Part shown: in pieces, positions 12,001 through 24,000 of the stretch
Layout: every line of letters starts with the position of its first letter
Numbering within the stretch: the stretch's first letter is position 1
Assembly (NCBI RefSeq): GCF_044704955.1
Contig: NW_027252691.1
Span: forward strand, 1-64,000
Origin: Pristiophorus japonicus
Lineage: Eukaryota
Reading direction: 5' to 3'
Length of the DNA: 64,000 nt
Made by a program: the position numbers and the translations under genes
Notes under the pieces: generated by a model
What the model saw: only the letters and a program-made list of their open reading frames with translations
What the model was told of the DNA's origin: nothing
Database searches by the model: none

Positions 12001-15000
12001 GGGGAGAGAGAGTCGGTGGAGAGTGAGTCGGGGGAGAGTGAGTCGGGGGAGAGAGAGAGTCGGGGGCGAGAGAGTCGGGGGGAGAGAGAGTCGGGGGAGA
12101 GTGAGTCGGGGGGAGAGTGAGTCGGGGGAGAGTGAGTCGGGGGGAGAGTGAGTCGGGGCGAGAGAGTCGGGGGAGAGTGAGTCGGGGGAGAGAGAGTCGG
12201 GGGAGAGTGAGTCGGGGGCGAGAGAGTCGGGGGAGAGTGAGTTGGGGGCGAGAGAGTCGGGGAGAGTGAGTCGGGGGCGAGAGAGCCGGGGGAGAGTGAG
12301 TCGGGGGCGAGAGAGTCGGGGGAGAGTGAGTCGGGGGGGAGAGAGTGTCGGGGAGAGTGAGTCGGGGGCGAGAGAGTCGGGGAAGAGTGAGTCGGGGGCG
12401 AGAGAGTAGGGGGGAGAGAGAGTCGGGGGTGAGTGAGTCGGGGGGAGAGAGAGTCGGGGGAGAGAGATTCGGGGGAGAGAGAGTCGGGGGAGAGTGAGTC
12501 GGGGGAGAGAGAGTCGGGGGAGAGTGAGTCGGTGGCGAGAGAGTCGGGGGAGAGTGAGTCGGGAGGAGAGTGAGTCGGGGGAGAGAGAGTCGGGGGAAGA
12601 GTGAGTTGGGGGAGAGAGTGTCGGGGGAGAGAGAGTCGGGGGAGAGTGAGTCGGGGGGAGAGAGAGTCGGGGGAGAGAGAGTCGGGGGAGAGAGAGTCGG
12701 GGGAAGAGTGAGTTGGGGGAGAGAGAGTCAGGGGAGAGAGAGTCGGGGGAGAGTGAGTCGGGGGGAGAGAGAGTCGGGGGCGAGAGAGTCGGGGGGAGAG
12801 AGAGTCGGGGGTGAGTGAGTCGGGGGGAGAGTGAGTCGGGGAAGAGTGAGTCGGGGGGAGAGTGAGTCGGGGAGAGAGAGTCGGGGGAGAGAGAGTCGGG
12901 GGAGAGAGAGTCGGGGGAAGAGTGAGTTGGGGGAGAGAGAGTCGGGGGAGAGAGAGTCGGGGGGGAGTGAGTCGGGGGGAGAGAGAGTCGGGGGAGAGAG
13001 AGTCGGGGGAGAGAGAGTCGGGGGAAGAGTGAGTCGGGGGAGAGAGAGTCGGGGGAGAGTGAGTCGGGGGCGAGAGAGTCGGGGGGAGAGAGAGTCGGGG
13101 GTGAGTGAGTCGGGGGGAGAGTGAGTCGGGGAAGAGTGAGTCGGGGGGAGAGTGAGTCGGGGCGAGAGAGTCGGGGGAGAGTGAGTCGGGGGAGAGAGAG
13201 TCGGGGGAGAGTGAGTCGGGGGCGAGAGAGTCGGTGGAGAGTGAGTTGGGGGCGAGAGAGTCGGGCGAGAGTGAGTCGGGGGCGAGAGAGTCGGGGGAGA
13301 GTGAGTCGGGGGCGAGAGAGTCGGGGGAGAGTGAGTCGGGGGTAGAGTGAGTCGGGGGGAGAGTGAGTCGGGGGTAGAGTGAGTCGGGGGGAGAGTGAGT
13401 CGGGGGAGAGAGAGTCGGGGGAGAGTGAGTCGGGGGAGAGTGAGTCGGGGGAGAGTGAGTCGGGGGAGAGAGAGTCGGGGGAGAGAGAGTCGGGGGGAGA
13501 GTGAGTCGGGGGGAGAGTGATTCGGGGGAGAGTGAGTCGGGGGAGAGAGAGTCGGGGGAGAGAGAGTCGGGGGGAGAGTGAGTCGGGGGGAGAGTGAGTC
13601 AGGGGAGAGTGAGTCGGGGGCGAGAGAGTCGGGGGAGAGTGAGTCGGGTCGAGAGAGTCGGGGGAGAGTGAGTCGGGGGAGAGAGAGTCGGGGAGAGTGA
13701 GTCGGGGGCGAGAGAGTCGGGGGAGAGTGAGTCGGGGGTAAAGTGAGTCGGGGGGAGAGTGAGTCGGGGGAGAGAGAGTCGGGGGAGAGTGAGTCGGGGG
13801 AGAGTGAGTCGGGGGAGAGAGAGTCGGGGGAGAGAGAGTCGGGGGGAGAGTGAGTCGGGGGGAGAGTGAGTCGGGGGAGAGTGAGTCGGGGAGAGAGAGT
13901 CGGGGGAGAGAGAGTCGGGGGAGAGAGAGTCGGGGGGAGAGTGAGTCGGGGGGAGAGTGAGTCGGGGGAGAGAGAGTCGGGGGAGAGTGAGTCGGGGGCG
14001 AGAGAGTCGGGGGAGAGAGAGTCAGGGGGAGAGTGAGTCGGGGGAGAGAGAGTCGGGGGAGAGTGAGTCGGGGGCGAGAGAGTCGGGGGAGAGTGAGTCG
14101 GGGGCGAGAGAGTCGGGGGAGAGAGAGTCGGGGAGAGTGAGTCGGGGGAGAGAGAGTCGGGGGACAGAGAGTCGGGGGAGAGAGAGTCGGGGAAGAGTGA
14201 GTCGGGGGGAGAGTGAGTCGGGGGAGAGTGAGTCGGGGGAGAGAGAGTCGGGGGAGAGAGAGTCGGGGGGAGAGTGAGTCGGGGGGAGAGTGAGTCGGGG
14301 GAGAGTGAGTCGGGGGCGAGAGAGTCGGGGGAGAGTGAGTCGGGGCGAGAGAGTCGGGGGAGAGTGAGTCGGGGGAGAGAGAGTCGGGGGAGAGTGAGTC
14401 GGGGGCGAGAGAGTCGGGGGAGAGTGAGTCGGGGGCGAGAGAGTCGGGGGAGAGTGAGTCGGGGGTAGAGTAAGTCGGGGGGAGAGTGAGTCGGGGGAGA
14501 GAGAGTCGGGGGAGAGTGAGTCGGGGGAGAGTGAGTCGGGGGAGAGTGAGTCGGGGGAGAGAGAGTCGGGGGAGAGAGAGTCGGGGGGAGAGTGAGTCGG
14601 GGGGAGAGTGAGTCGGGGGAGAGTGAGTCGGGGGAGAGAGAGTCGGGGGAGAGAGAGTCGGGGGAGAGAGAGTCGGGGGAGAGTGAGTCGGGGGAGAGTG
14701 AGTCGGGGGAGAGTGAGTCGGGGGCGAGAGAGTCGGGGGAGAGTGAGTCGGGGGCGAGAGAGTCGGGGGAGAGTGAGTCGGGGCGAGAGAGTCGGGGGAG
14801 AGTGAGTCGGGGGAGAGAGAGTCGGGGGAGAGTGAGTCGGGGGCGAGAGAGTCGGGGGAGAGTGAGTCGGGGGCGAGAGAGTCGGGGGAGAGTGAGTCGG
14901 GGGCGAGAGAGTCGGGGGAGAGTGAGTCGGGGGGAGAGAGAGTCGGGGGAGAGTGAGTCGGGGGAGAGAGAGTCGGGGGAGAGTGAGTCGGGGGCAAGAG

Positions 15001-18000
15001 AGTCGGGGGAGAGTGAGTCGGGGGCGAGAGAGTCGGGGGAGAGAGAGTCGGGAGGAGAGTGAGTCGGGGGAGAGAGAGTCGGGGGAGAGTGAGTCGGGGG
15101 GAGAGAGAGTCGGGGAGAGTGAGTCGGGGGAGAGAGAGTCGGGGGAGAGTGAGTCGGGGGCGAGAGAGTCGGGGGAGAGTGAGTCGGGGGCGAGAGAGTC
15201 GGGGGAGAGAGAGTCGGGAGGAGAGTGAGTCGGGGGAGAGAGAGTCGGGGGAGAGAGAGTCGGGGGAGAGAGATTCGGGGGGAGAGTGAGTCGGGGGAGA
15301 GAGAGTCGGGGGAGAGAGAGTCGGGGGAGAGTGAGTCGGGGGAGAGAGAGTCGGGGGAGAGAGAGAGTCGGGGGCGAGAGAGTCGGGGGGAGAGAGAGTC
15401 GGGGGAGAGTGAGTCGGGGGGAGAGTGAGTCGGGGGAGAGTGAGTCGGGGGAGAGTGAGTCGGGGGCGAGAGAGTCGGGGGAGAGAGAGTCGGGAGGAGA
15501 GAGAGTCGGGGGAGAGAGAGTCGGGGGAGAGTGAGTCGGGGGGAGAGAGAGTCGGGGAGAGTGAGTCGGGGGAGAGAGAGTCGGGGGAGAGTGAGTCGGG
15601 GGCGAGAGAGTCGGGGGAGAGTGATTCGGGGGCGAGAGAGTCGGGGGAGAGAGAGTCGGGAGGAGAGTGAGTCGGGGGAGAGAGAGTCGGGGAAGAGAGA
15701 GTCGGGGGAGAGAGAGTCGGGGGGAGAGTGAGTCGGGGGAGAGAGAGTCGGGGGAGAGAGAGTCGGGGGAGAGTGAGTCGGGGGAGAGTGAGTCGGGGGA
15801 GAGAGAGAGTCGGGGGCGAGAGAGTCGGGGGGAGAGAGAGTCGGGGGAGAGTGAGTCGGGGGGAGAGTGAGTCGGGGGAGAGTGAGTCGGGGGGAGAGTG
15901 AGTCGGGGCGAGAGAGTCGGGGGAGAGTGAGTCGGGGGAGAGAGAGTCGGGGGAGAGTGAGTCGGGGGAGAGTGAGTCGGGGGAGAGAGAGTCGGGGGAG
16001 AGTGAGTCGGGGGAGAGTGAGTCGGGGGAGAGAGAGTCGGGGGAGAGAGAGTCGGGGGAGAGTGAGTCGGGGGGAGAGTGAGTCGGTGGAGAGTGAGTCG
16101 GGGGAGAGAGAGTCGGGGGAGAGAGAGTCGGGGGGAGAGTGAGTCGGGGGGAGAGTGAGTCGGGGGAGAGTGAGTCGGGGGCGAGAGAGTCGGGGGAGAG
16201 TGAGTCGGGGGCGAGAGAGTCGGGGGAGAGAGAGTCGGGAGGAGAGTGAGTCGGGGGAGAGAGAGTCGGGGGAGAGAGAGTCGGGGGCGAGAGAGTCGGG
16301 GGAGAGTGAGTCGGGGGCGAGAGAGTCGGGGGAGAGTGAGTCGGGGGTAGAGTGAGTCGGGGGGAGAGTGAGTCGGGGGAGAGAGAGTCGGGGGAGAGTG
16401 AGTCGGGGGAGAGTGAGTCGGGGGAGAGTGAGTCGGGGGAGAGAGAATCGGGGGAGAGAGAGTCGGGGGGAGAGTGAGTCGGGGGGAGAGTGAGTCGGGG
16501 GAGAGTGAGTCGGGGGAGAGAGAGTCGGGGGAGAGAGAGTCGGGGGAGAGAGAGTCGGGGGAGAGTGAGTCGGGGGGAGAGTGAGTCGGGGGAGAGTGAG
16601 TCGGGGGCGAGAGAGTCGGGGGAGAGTGAGTCGGGGGAGAGTGAGTCGGGGGAGAGAGAGTCGGGGGGAGAGTGAGTCGGGGGAGAGAGAGTCGGGGGAG
16701 AGAGAGTCGGTGGAGAGTGAGTCGGGGGAGAGTGAGTCGGGGGAGAGAGAGAGTCGGGGGCGAGAGAGTCGGGGGGAGAGAGAGTCGGGGGAGAGTAAGT
16801 CGGGGGGAGAGTGAGTCGGGGAAGAGTGAGTCGGGGGGAGAGTGAGTCGGGGCGAGAGAGTCGGGGGAGAGTGAGTCGGGGGAGAGAGAGTCGGGGGAGA
16901 GTGAGTCGGGGGCGAGAGAGTCGGTGGAGAGTGAGTTGGGGGCGAGAGAGTCGGGCGAGAGTGAGTCGGGGGCGAGAGAGTCGGGGGAGAGTGAGTCGGG
17001 GGTAGAGTGAGTCGGGGGGAGAGTGAGTCGGGGGTAGAGTGAGTCGGGGGGAGAGTGAGTCGGGGGAGAGAGAGTCGGGGGAGAGTGAGTCGGGGGAGAG
17101 TGAGTCGGGGGAGAGTGAGTCGGGGGAGAGAGAGTCGGGGGAGAGAGAGTCGGGGGAGAGTGAGTCGGGGGGAGAGTGATTCGGGGGAGAGTGAGTCGGG
17201 GGAGAGAGAGTCGGGGGAGAGAGAGTCGGGGGGAGAGTGAGTCGGGGGGAGAGTGAGTCAGGGGAGAGTGAGTCGGGGGCGAGAGAGTCGGGGGAGAGTG
17301 AGTCGGGTCGAGAGAGTCGGGGGAGAGTGAGTCGGGGGAGAGAGAGTCGGGGAGAGTGAGTCGGGGGCGAGAGAGTCGGGGGAGAGTGAGTCGGGGGTAA
17401 AGTGAGTCGGGGGGAGAGTGAGTCGGGGGAGAGAGAGTCGGGGGAGAGTGAGTCGGGGGAGAGTGAGTCGGGGGAGAGAGAGTCGGGGGAGAGAGAGTCG
17501 GGGGGAGAGTGAGTCGGGGGGAGAGTGAGTCGGGGGAGAGTGAGTCGGGGAGAGAGAGTCGGGGGAGAGAGAGTCGGGGGAGAGAGAGTCGGGGGGAGAG
17601 TGAGTCGGGGGGAGAGTGAGTCGGGGGAGAGAGAGTCGGGGGAGAGTGAGTCGGGGGCGAGAGAGTCGGGGGAGAGAGAGTCAGGGGGAGAGTGAGTCGG
17701 GGGAGAGAGAGTCGGGGGAGAGTGAGTCGGGGGCGAGAGAGTCGGGGGAGAGTGAGTCGGGGGCGAGAGAGTCGGGGGAGAGAGAGTCGGGGAGAGTGAG
17801 TCGGGGGAGAGAGAGTCGGGGGACAGAGAGTCGGGGGAGAGAGAGTCGGGGAAGAGTGAGTCGGGGGGAGAGTGAGTCGGGGGAGAGTGAGTCGGGGGAG
17901 AGAGAGTCGGGGGAGAGAGAGTCGGGGGGAGAGTGAGTCGGGGGGAGAGTGAGTCGGGGGAGAGTGAGTCGGGGGCGAGAGAGTCGGGGGAGAGTGAGTC

Positions 18001-21000
18001 GGGGCGAGAGAGTCGGGGGAGAGTGAGTCGGGGGAGAGAGAGTCGGGGGAGAGTGAGTCGGGGGCGAGAGAGTCGGGGGAGAGTGAGTCGGGGGCGAGAG
18101 AGTCGGGGGAGAGTGAGTCGGGGGTAGAGTAAGTCGGGGGGAGAGTGAGTCGGGGGAGAGAGAGTCGGGGGAGAGTGAGTCGGGGGAGAGTGAGTCGGGG
18201 GAGAGTGAGTCGGGGGAGAGAGAGTCGGGGGAGAGAGAGTCGGGGGGAGAGTGAGTCGGGGGGAGAGTGAGTCGGGGGAGAGTGAGTCGGGGGAGAGAGA
18301 GTCGGGGGAGAGAGAGTCGGGGGAGAGAGAGTCGGGGGAGAGTGAGTCGGGGGGAGAGTGAGTCGGGGGAGAGTGAGTCGGGGGCGAGAGAGTCGGGGGA
18401 GAGTGAGTCGGGGGCGAGAGAGTCGGGGGAGAGTGAGTCGGGGGAGAGAGAGTCGGGGGAGAGTGAGTCGGGGGCGAGAGAGTCGGGGAGAGTGAGTCGG
18501 GGCGAGAGAGTCGGGGGAAAGTGAGTCGGGGGCGAGAGAGTCGGGGGAGAGTGAGTCGGGGGGAGAGAGAGTCGGGGGAGAGTGAGTCGGGGAGAGAGAG
18601 TCGGGGGAGAGTGAGTGTCGGGGGCAAGAGAGTCGGGGGAGAGTGAGTCGGGGGCGAGAGAGTCGGGGGAGAGAGTGAGTCGGGGGCAAGAGAGTCGGGG
18701 GAGAGTGAGTCGGGGGCGAGAGAGTCGGGGGAGAGAGAGTCGGGAGGAGAGTGAGTCGGGGGAGAGAGAGTCGGGGGAGAGTGAGTCGGGGGGAGAGAGA
18801 GTCGGGGAGAGTGAGTCGGGGGAGAGAGAGTCGGGGGAGAGTGAGTCGGGGGCGAGAGAGTCGGGGGAGAGTGAGTCGGGGGCGAGAGAGTCGGGGGAGA
18901 GAGAGTCGGGAGGAGAGTGAGTCGGGGGAGAGAGAGTCGGGGGAGAGAGAGTCGGGGGAGAGAGATTCGGGGGGAGAGTGAGTCGGGGGAGAGAGAGTCG
19001 GGGGAGAGAGAGTCGGGGGAGAGTGAGTCGGGGGAGAGAGAGTCGGGGGAGAGAGAGAGTCGGGGGCGAGAGAGTCGGGGGGAGAGAGAGTCGGGGGAGA
19101 GTGAGTCGGGGGGAGAGTGAGTCGGGGGAGAGTGAGTCGGGGGAGAGTGAGTCGGGGGCGAGAGAGTCGGGGGAGAGAGAGTCGGGAGGAGAGAGAGTCG
19201 GGGGAGAGAGAGTCGGGGGAGAGTGAGTCGGGGGGAGAGAGAGTCGGGGAGAGTGAGTCGGGGGAGAGAGAGTCGGGGGAGAGTGAGTCGGGGGCGAGAG
19301 AGTCGGGGGAGAGTGATTCGGGGGCGAGAGAGTCGGGGGAGAGAGAGTCGGGAGGAGAGTGAGTCGGGGGAGAGAGAGTCGGGGGAAGAGAGAGTCGGGG
19401 GAGAGAGAGTCGGGGGGAGAGTGAGTCGGGGGAGAGAGAGTCGGGGGAGAGAGAGTCGGGGGAGAGTGAGTCGGGGGAGAGTGAGTCGGGGGAGAGAGAG
19501 AGTCGGGGGCGAGAGAGTCGGGGGGAGAGAGAGTCGGGGGAGAGTGAGTCGGGGGAGAGTGAGTCGGGGGAGAGTGAGTCGGGGGGAGAGTGAGTCGGGG
19601 CGAGAGAGTCGGGGGAGAGTGAGTCGGGGGAGAGAGAGTCGGGGGAGAGTGAGTCGGGGGAGAGTGAGTCGGGGGAGAGAGAGTCGGGGGAGAGTGAGTC
19701 GGGGGAGAGTGAGTCGGGGGAGAGAGAGTCGGGGGAGAGAGAGTCGGGGGAGAGTGAGTCGGGGGGAGAGTGAGTCGGTGGAGAGTGAGTCGGGGGAGAG
19801 AGAGTCGGGGGAGAGAGAGTCGGGGGAGAGTGAGTCGGGGGGAGAGTGAGTCGGGGGAGAGTGAGTCGGGGGCGAGAGAGTCGGGGGAGAGTGAGTCGGG
19901 GGCGAGAGAGTCGGGGGAGAGAGAGTCGGGAGGAGAGTGAGTCGGGGGAGAGAGAGTCGGGGGAGAGAGAGTCGGGGGCGAGAGAGTCGGGGGAGAGTGA
20001 GTCGGGGGCGAGAGAGTCGGGGGAGAGTGAGTCGGGGGTAGAGTGAGTCGGGGGGAGAGTGAGTCGGGGGAGAGAGAGTCGGGGGAGAGTGAGTCGGGGG
20101 AGAGTGAGTCGGGGGAGAGTGAGTCGGGGGAGAGAGAATCGGGGGAGAGAGAGTCGGGGGGAGAGTGAGTCGGGGGGAGAGTGAGTCGGGGGAGAGTGAG
20201 TCGGGGGAGAGAGAGTCGGGGGAGAGAGAGTCGGGGGAGAGAGAGTCGGGGGAGAGTGAGTCGGGGGGAGAGTGAGTCGGGGGAGAGTGAGTCGGGGGCG
20301 AGAGAGTCGGGGGAGAGTGAGTCGGGGGAGAGTGAGTCGGGGGAGAGAGAGTCGGGGGGAGAGTGAGTCGGGGGAGAGAGAGTCGGGGGAGAGAGAGTCG
20401 GTGGAGAGTGAGTCGGGGGAGAGTGAGTCGGGGGAGAGAGAGAGTCGGGGGCGAGAGAGTCGGGGGGAGAGAGAGTCGGGGGAGAGTAAGTCGGGGGGAG
20501 AGTGAGTCGGGGGAGAGTGAGTCGGGGGGAGAGTGAGTCGGGGCGAGAGAGTCGGGGGAGAGTGAGTCGGGGGAGAGAGAGTCGGGGGAGAGTGAGTCGG
20601 GGGAGAGTGAGTCGGGGGAGAGAGAGTCGGGGGAGAGTGAGTCGGGGGAGAGTGAGTCGGGGGAGAGAGAGTCGGGGGAGAGAGAGTCGGGGGAGAGTGA
20701 GTCGGGGGGAGAGTGAGTCGGGGGAGAGTGAGTCGGGGGAGAGAGAGTCGGGGGAGAGAGAGTCGGGGGGAGAGTGAGTCGGGGGGAGAGTGAGTCGGGG
20801 GAGAGTGAGTCGGGGGCGAGAGAGTTGGGGGAGAGTGAGTCGGGGCGAGAGAGTCGGGGGAGAGTGAGTCGGGGGAGAGAGAGTCGGGGGAGAGTGAGTC
20901 GGGGGCGAGAGAGTCGGGGGAGAGTGAGTCGGGGGCGAGAGAGTCGGGGGAGAGTGAGTCGGGGGTAGAGTGAGTCGGGGGGAGAGTGAGTCGGGGGAGA

Positions 21001-24000
21001 GAGAGTCGGGGGAGAGTGAGTCGGGGGAGAGTGAGTCGGGGGAGAGTGAGTCGGGGGAGAGAGAATCGGGGGAGAGAGAGTCGGGGGGAGAGTGAGTCGG
21101 GGGGAGAGTGAGTCGGGGGAGAGTGAGTCGGGGGAGAGAGAGTCGGGGGAGAGAGAGTCGGGGGAGAGAGAGTCGGGGGAGAGTGAGTCGGGGGGAGAGT
21201 GAGTCGGGGGAGAGTGAGTCGGGGGCGAGAGAGTCGGGGGAGAGTGAGTCGGGGCGAGAGAGTCGGGGGAGAGTGAGTCAGGGGAGAGAGAGTCGGGGGA
21301 GAGTGAGTCGGGGACGAGAGAGTCGGGGGAGAGTGAGTCGGGGGGAGAGAGAGTCGGGGGAGAGAGAGTCGGGGGGAGAGTGAGTCGGGGGAGAGAGAGT
21401 CGGGGGAGAGTGAGTCGGGGGAGAGTGAGTCGGGGGGAGAGTGAGTCGGGGGTAGAGTGAGTCGGGGGGAGAGTGAGTCGGGGGAGAGAGAGTCGGGGGA
21501 GAGTGAGTCGGGGGAGAGTGAGTCGGGGTAGAGTGAGTCGGGGGAGAGAGAGTCGGGGGAGAGAGAGTCGGGGGAGAGTGAGTCGGGGGGAGAGTGAGTC
21601 GGGGGAGAGTGAGTCGGGGGAGAGAGAGTCGGGGGAGAGAGAGTCGGGGGGAGAGTGAGTCGGGGGGAGTGTGAGTCGGGGGAGAGTGAGTCGGGGGCGA
21701 GAGAGTCGGGGGAGAGTGAGTCGGGGCGAGAGAGTCGGGGGAGAGTGAGTCGGGGGAGAGAGAGTCGGGGGAGAGTGAGTCGGGGGCGAGAGAGTCGGGG
21801 GAGAGTGAGTCGGGGGCGAGAGAGTCGGGGGAGAGTGTGTCGGGGGTAGAGTGAGTCGGGGGGAGAGTGAGTCGGGGGAGAGTGAGTCGGGGGAGAGAGA
21901 GTCGGGGGAGAGTGAGTCGGGGGCGAGAGAGTCGGGGGAGAGTGAGTCGGGGGCGAGAGAGTCGGGGGAGAGTGAGTCGGGGGAAGAGAGAGTCGGGGGA
22001 GAGTGAGTCGGGGGAGAGAGAGTCGGGGGAGAGTGAGTCGGGGGGAGAGTGAGTCGGGAGAGAGAGAGTCGGGGGAGAGAGAGTCGGGGGGAGAGTGAGT
22101 CGGGAGAGAGAGAGTCGGGGGAGAGTGAGTCGGGGGAGAGAGAGTCGGGGGAGAGTGAGTCGGGGGCGGAGGGAGAGAGTGTCGGGGAGAGTCAGGGAGA
22201 GAGAAAGTTGGGAGGAGTCGGGGGGGAGTCGGTGGGGCATTCGATGGGAGAGAGGCGGGGGTGGAGACTTGGGGGGGGGAGAGTCGGGGGGAGAGTCGGG
22301 GGAGAGTCGGGGAGGAGTCGGGGGGGATTCAGGGGGTTTGGGGGGAGTGTCGAGGGGGAGTCGGGGGCGGGAGTCGGGGGAGTCGGTGGTGGAGAGTTGG
22401 GGGGAGAGTCGGGGAGAGATTCGGGGGGAGAGAGAGTCAGGGGGAGTCGGGAAGAGAGAGAGTTTGGGAGAGTCGGGGGGAGAGAGAGTCGTGGGGGAGT
22501 CGGGGAGAGAGAGAGTTGGGGTTAGTCGTGGGAAGAGTCAGGGGGAGTCGGGAGCGGGAGTCGAGGGGCAGTTGGTGGGGGAGAGGCGGGGGGTGGAGAG
22601 TTGGCGGGGAGAGTCGGGGGGGGAGTCAGGGGGAGAGAGCTGTGGGTGAGTCGGTGGGGAGAGTCGGGGGGGAAGAGTCGGGGATAGCGTCGGGGGGGAG
22701 AGTTGGGGGGGGAGTCAGGGGGAGAGAGCTGTGGGTGAGTCGGTGGGGAGAGTCGGGGGGGAGAGAGTTTGAGGGGAGAATCATGGGGGGGAGTCGCCAG
22801 GGAGAGCCGGGGGGAGAGGAGGGGGGAGGGGGGGGGAGTCGGCGGGGGAGAGAGTCGGGTGGGGAGAGAGTCGGGGGGGGGGAGAGAGTCGGGGGGGGAG
22901 TCGGGGGGGAAGAGAGTCGGCGGGGAGAGTCGGGAGGGGAGAGAGTCGGCGGGGAGAGTCGGGAGGGGAGAGAGTCGGGGGGGGGAGAGAGTCGGGGGGG
23001 GAGTCGGGGGGGAAGAGAGTCGGCGGGGAGAGTCGGGAGGGGAGAGAGTCGGCGGGGAGAGTCGGTGGGAGGGTCGGGGGGAGAGTCGGGGGGGAAAGTC
23101 GGGGAGAAAGAGTCGGCGGGGAGAGTAACAGGGGGCATGTCATGGGGAGAGTCGGGGGGAGAGTCAGTGGGAGAGTCGGGGGGGAGAGTCGGGGGGGAAA
23201 GTCGGGGGAGAGAGTCAGGGGGGAGTCGGGAAGAGAGAGAGTTGGGGGGAGTCGGGGGGTGAAGAGAGAGTCGAGGGGAAGTCGGGGGGAGAGAGAGCTG
23301 GGGGAGAGTAGCGGGGAGGGAGAGTCGGGCGTAGTCGGTGGGGTGAAGAGAGAGTCGGGGAGAGAGAGAGTTGCGGGAAGTCGGGGGGGGAAGTCAGTGG
23401 GGGAGAGACGGGGGAGAGAGTCGGGGGGAGTCGGGGGGGTGAAGAGAGGGTCGGGGAGAGAGAGACTTCGGGGGAGTCGGGGGGGGTTCGGGAGGAGAGT
23501 CGGAGGAGAGAGAGTCAGGGGGAGTCGGGGAGAGAGTCAGGGGAGAGAGAGTCGGGGGGGAGTCGGGGAGAGAGTCGGGGGAGTCCGGGAGAGAGAGATT
23601 TGGGGGGAGTCAGGGGAGAATGTCGGGGGTAGAGAGAGTTGTGGGGAGTCGGGGGGAGAGAGAGTCGGGGGGAGAGAGAATCGGGAGGAGAGAGAGTCGG
23701 GAGGAGTCGGGGAGAGAGAGAGTTGGGGGGAGTCGTGGAGGGAGAGAGTTGGGAGGAGTCGGGGAGAGAGAGAGTCGGGGGGAGTTGGGGAGAGAGAGAG
23801 TCGGGGGGAGTCGGGGAGAGAGAGAGTTGGGGGAGCCGGGGTGCGTCAAGAAAGAGTCATGGAGAGAGAGAGTTGGGGAGAGTCGGGGAGAGAGTCGTGG
23901 GAGAGAGTCGGGGGGAGTCGGAGAGGAGTCGGGGGGAGAGTCGAGGGGGAGAGTCCATGGGGAATCGGGGGCGGGAGTCGGGAGGAGTCGGTGGGGGAGA

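Noticed and set aside
11620-18689. 2335-aa and 1555-aa minus-strand ORFs, and all other ORFs in 1-32300
   Set aside because: Translations of a 15-nt satellite that lacks stop codons; open in several frames at once, with no domain content.
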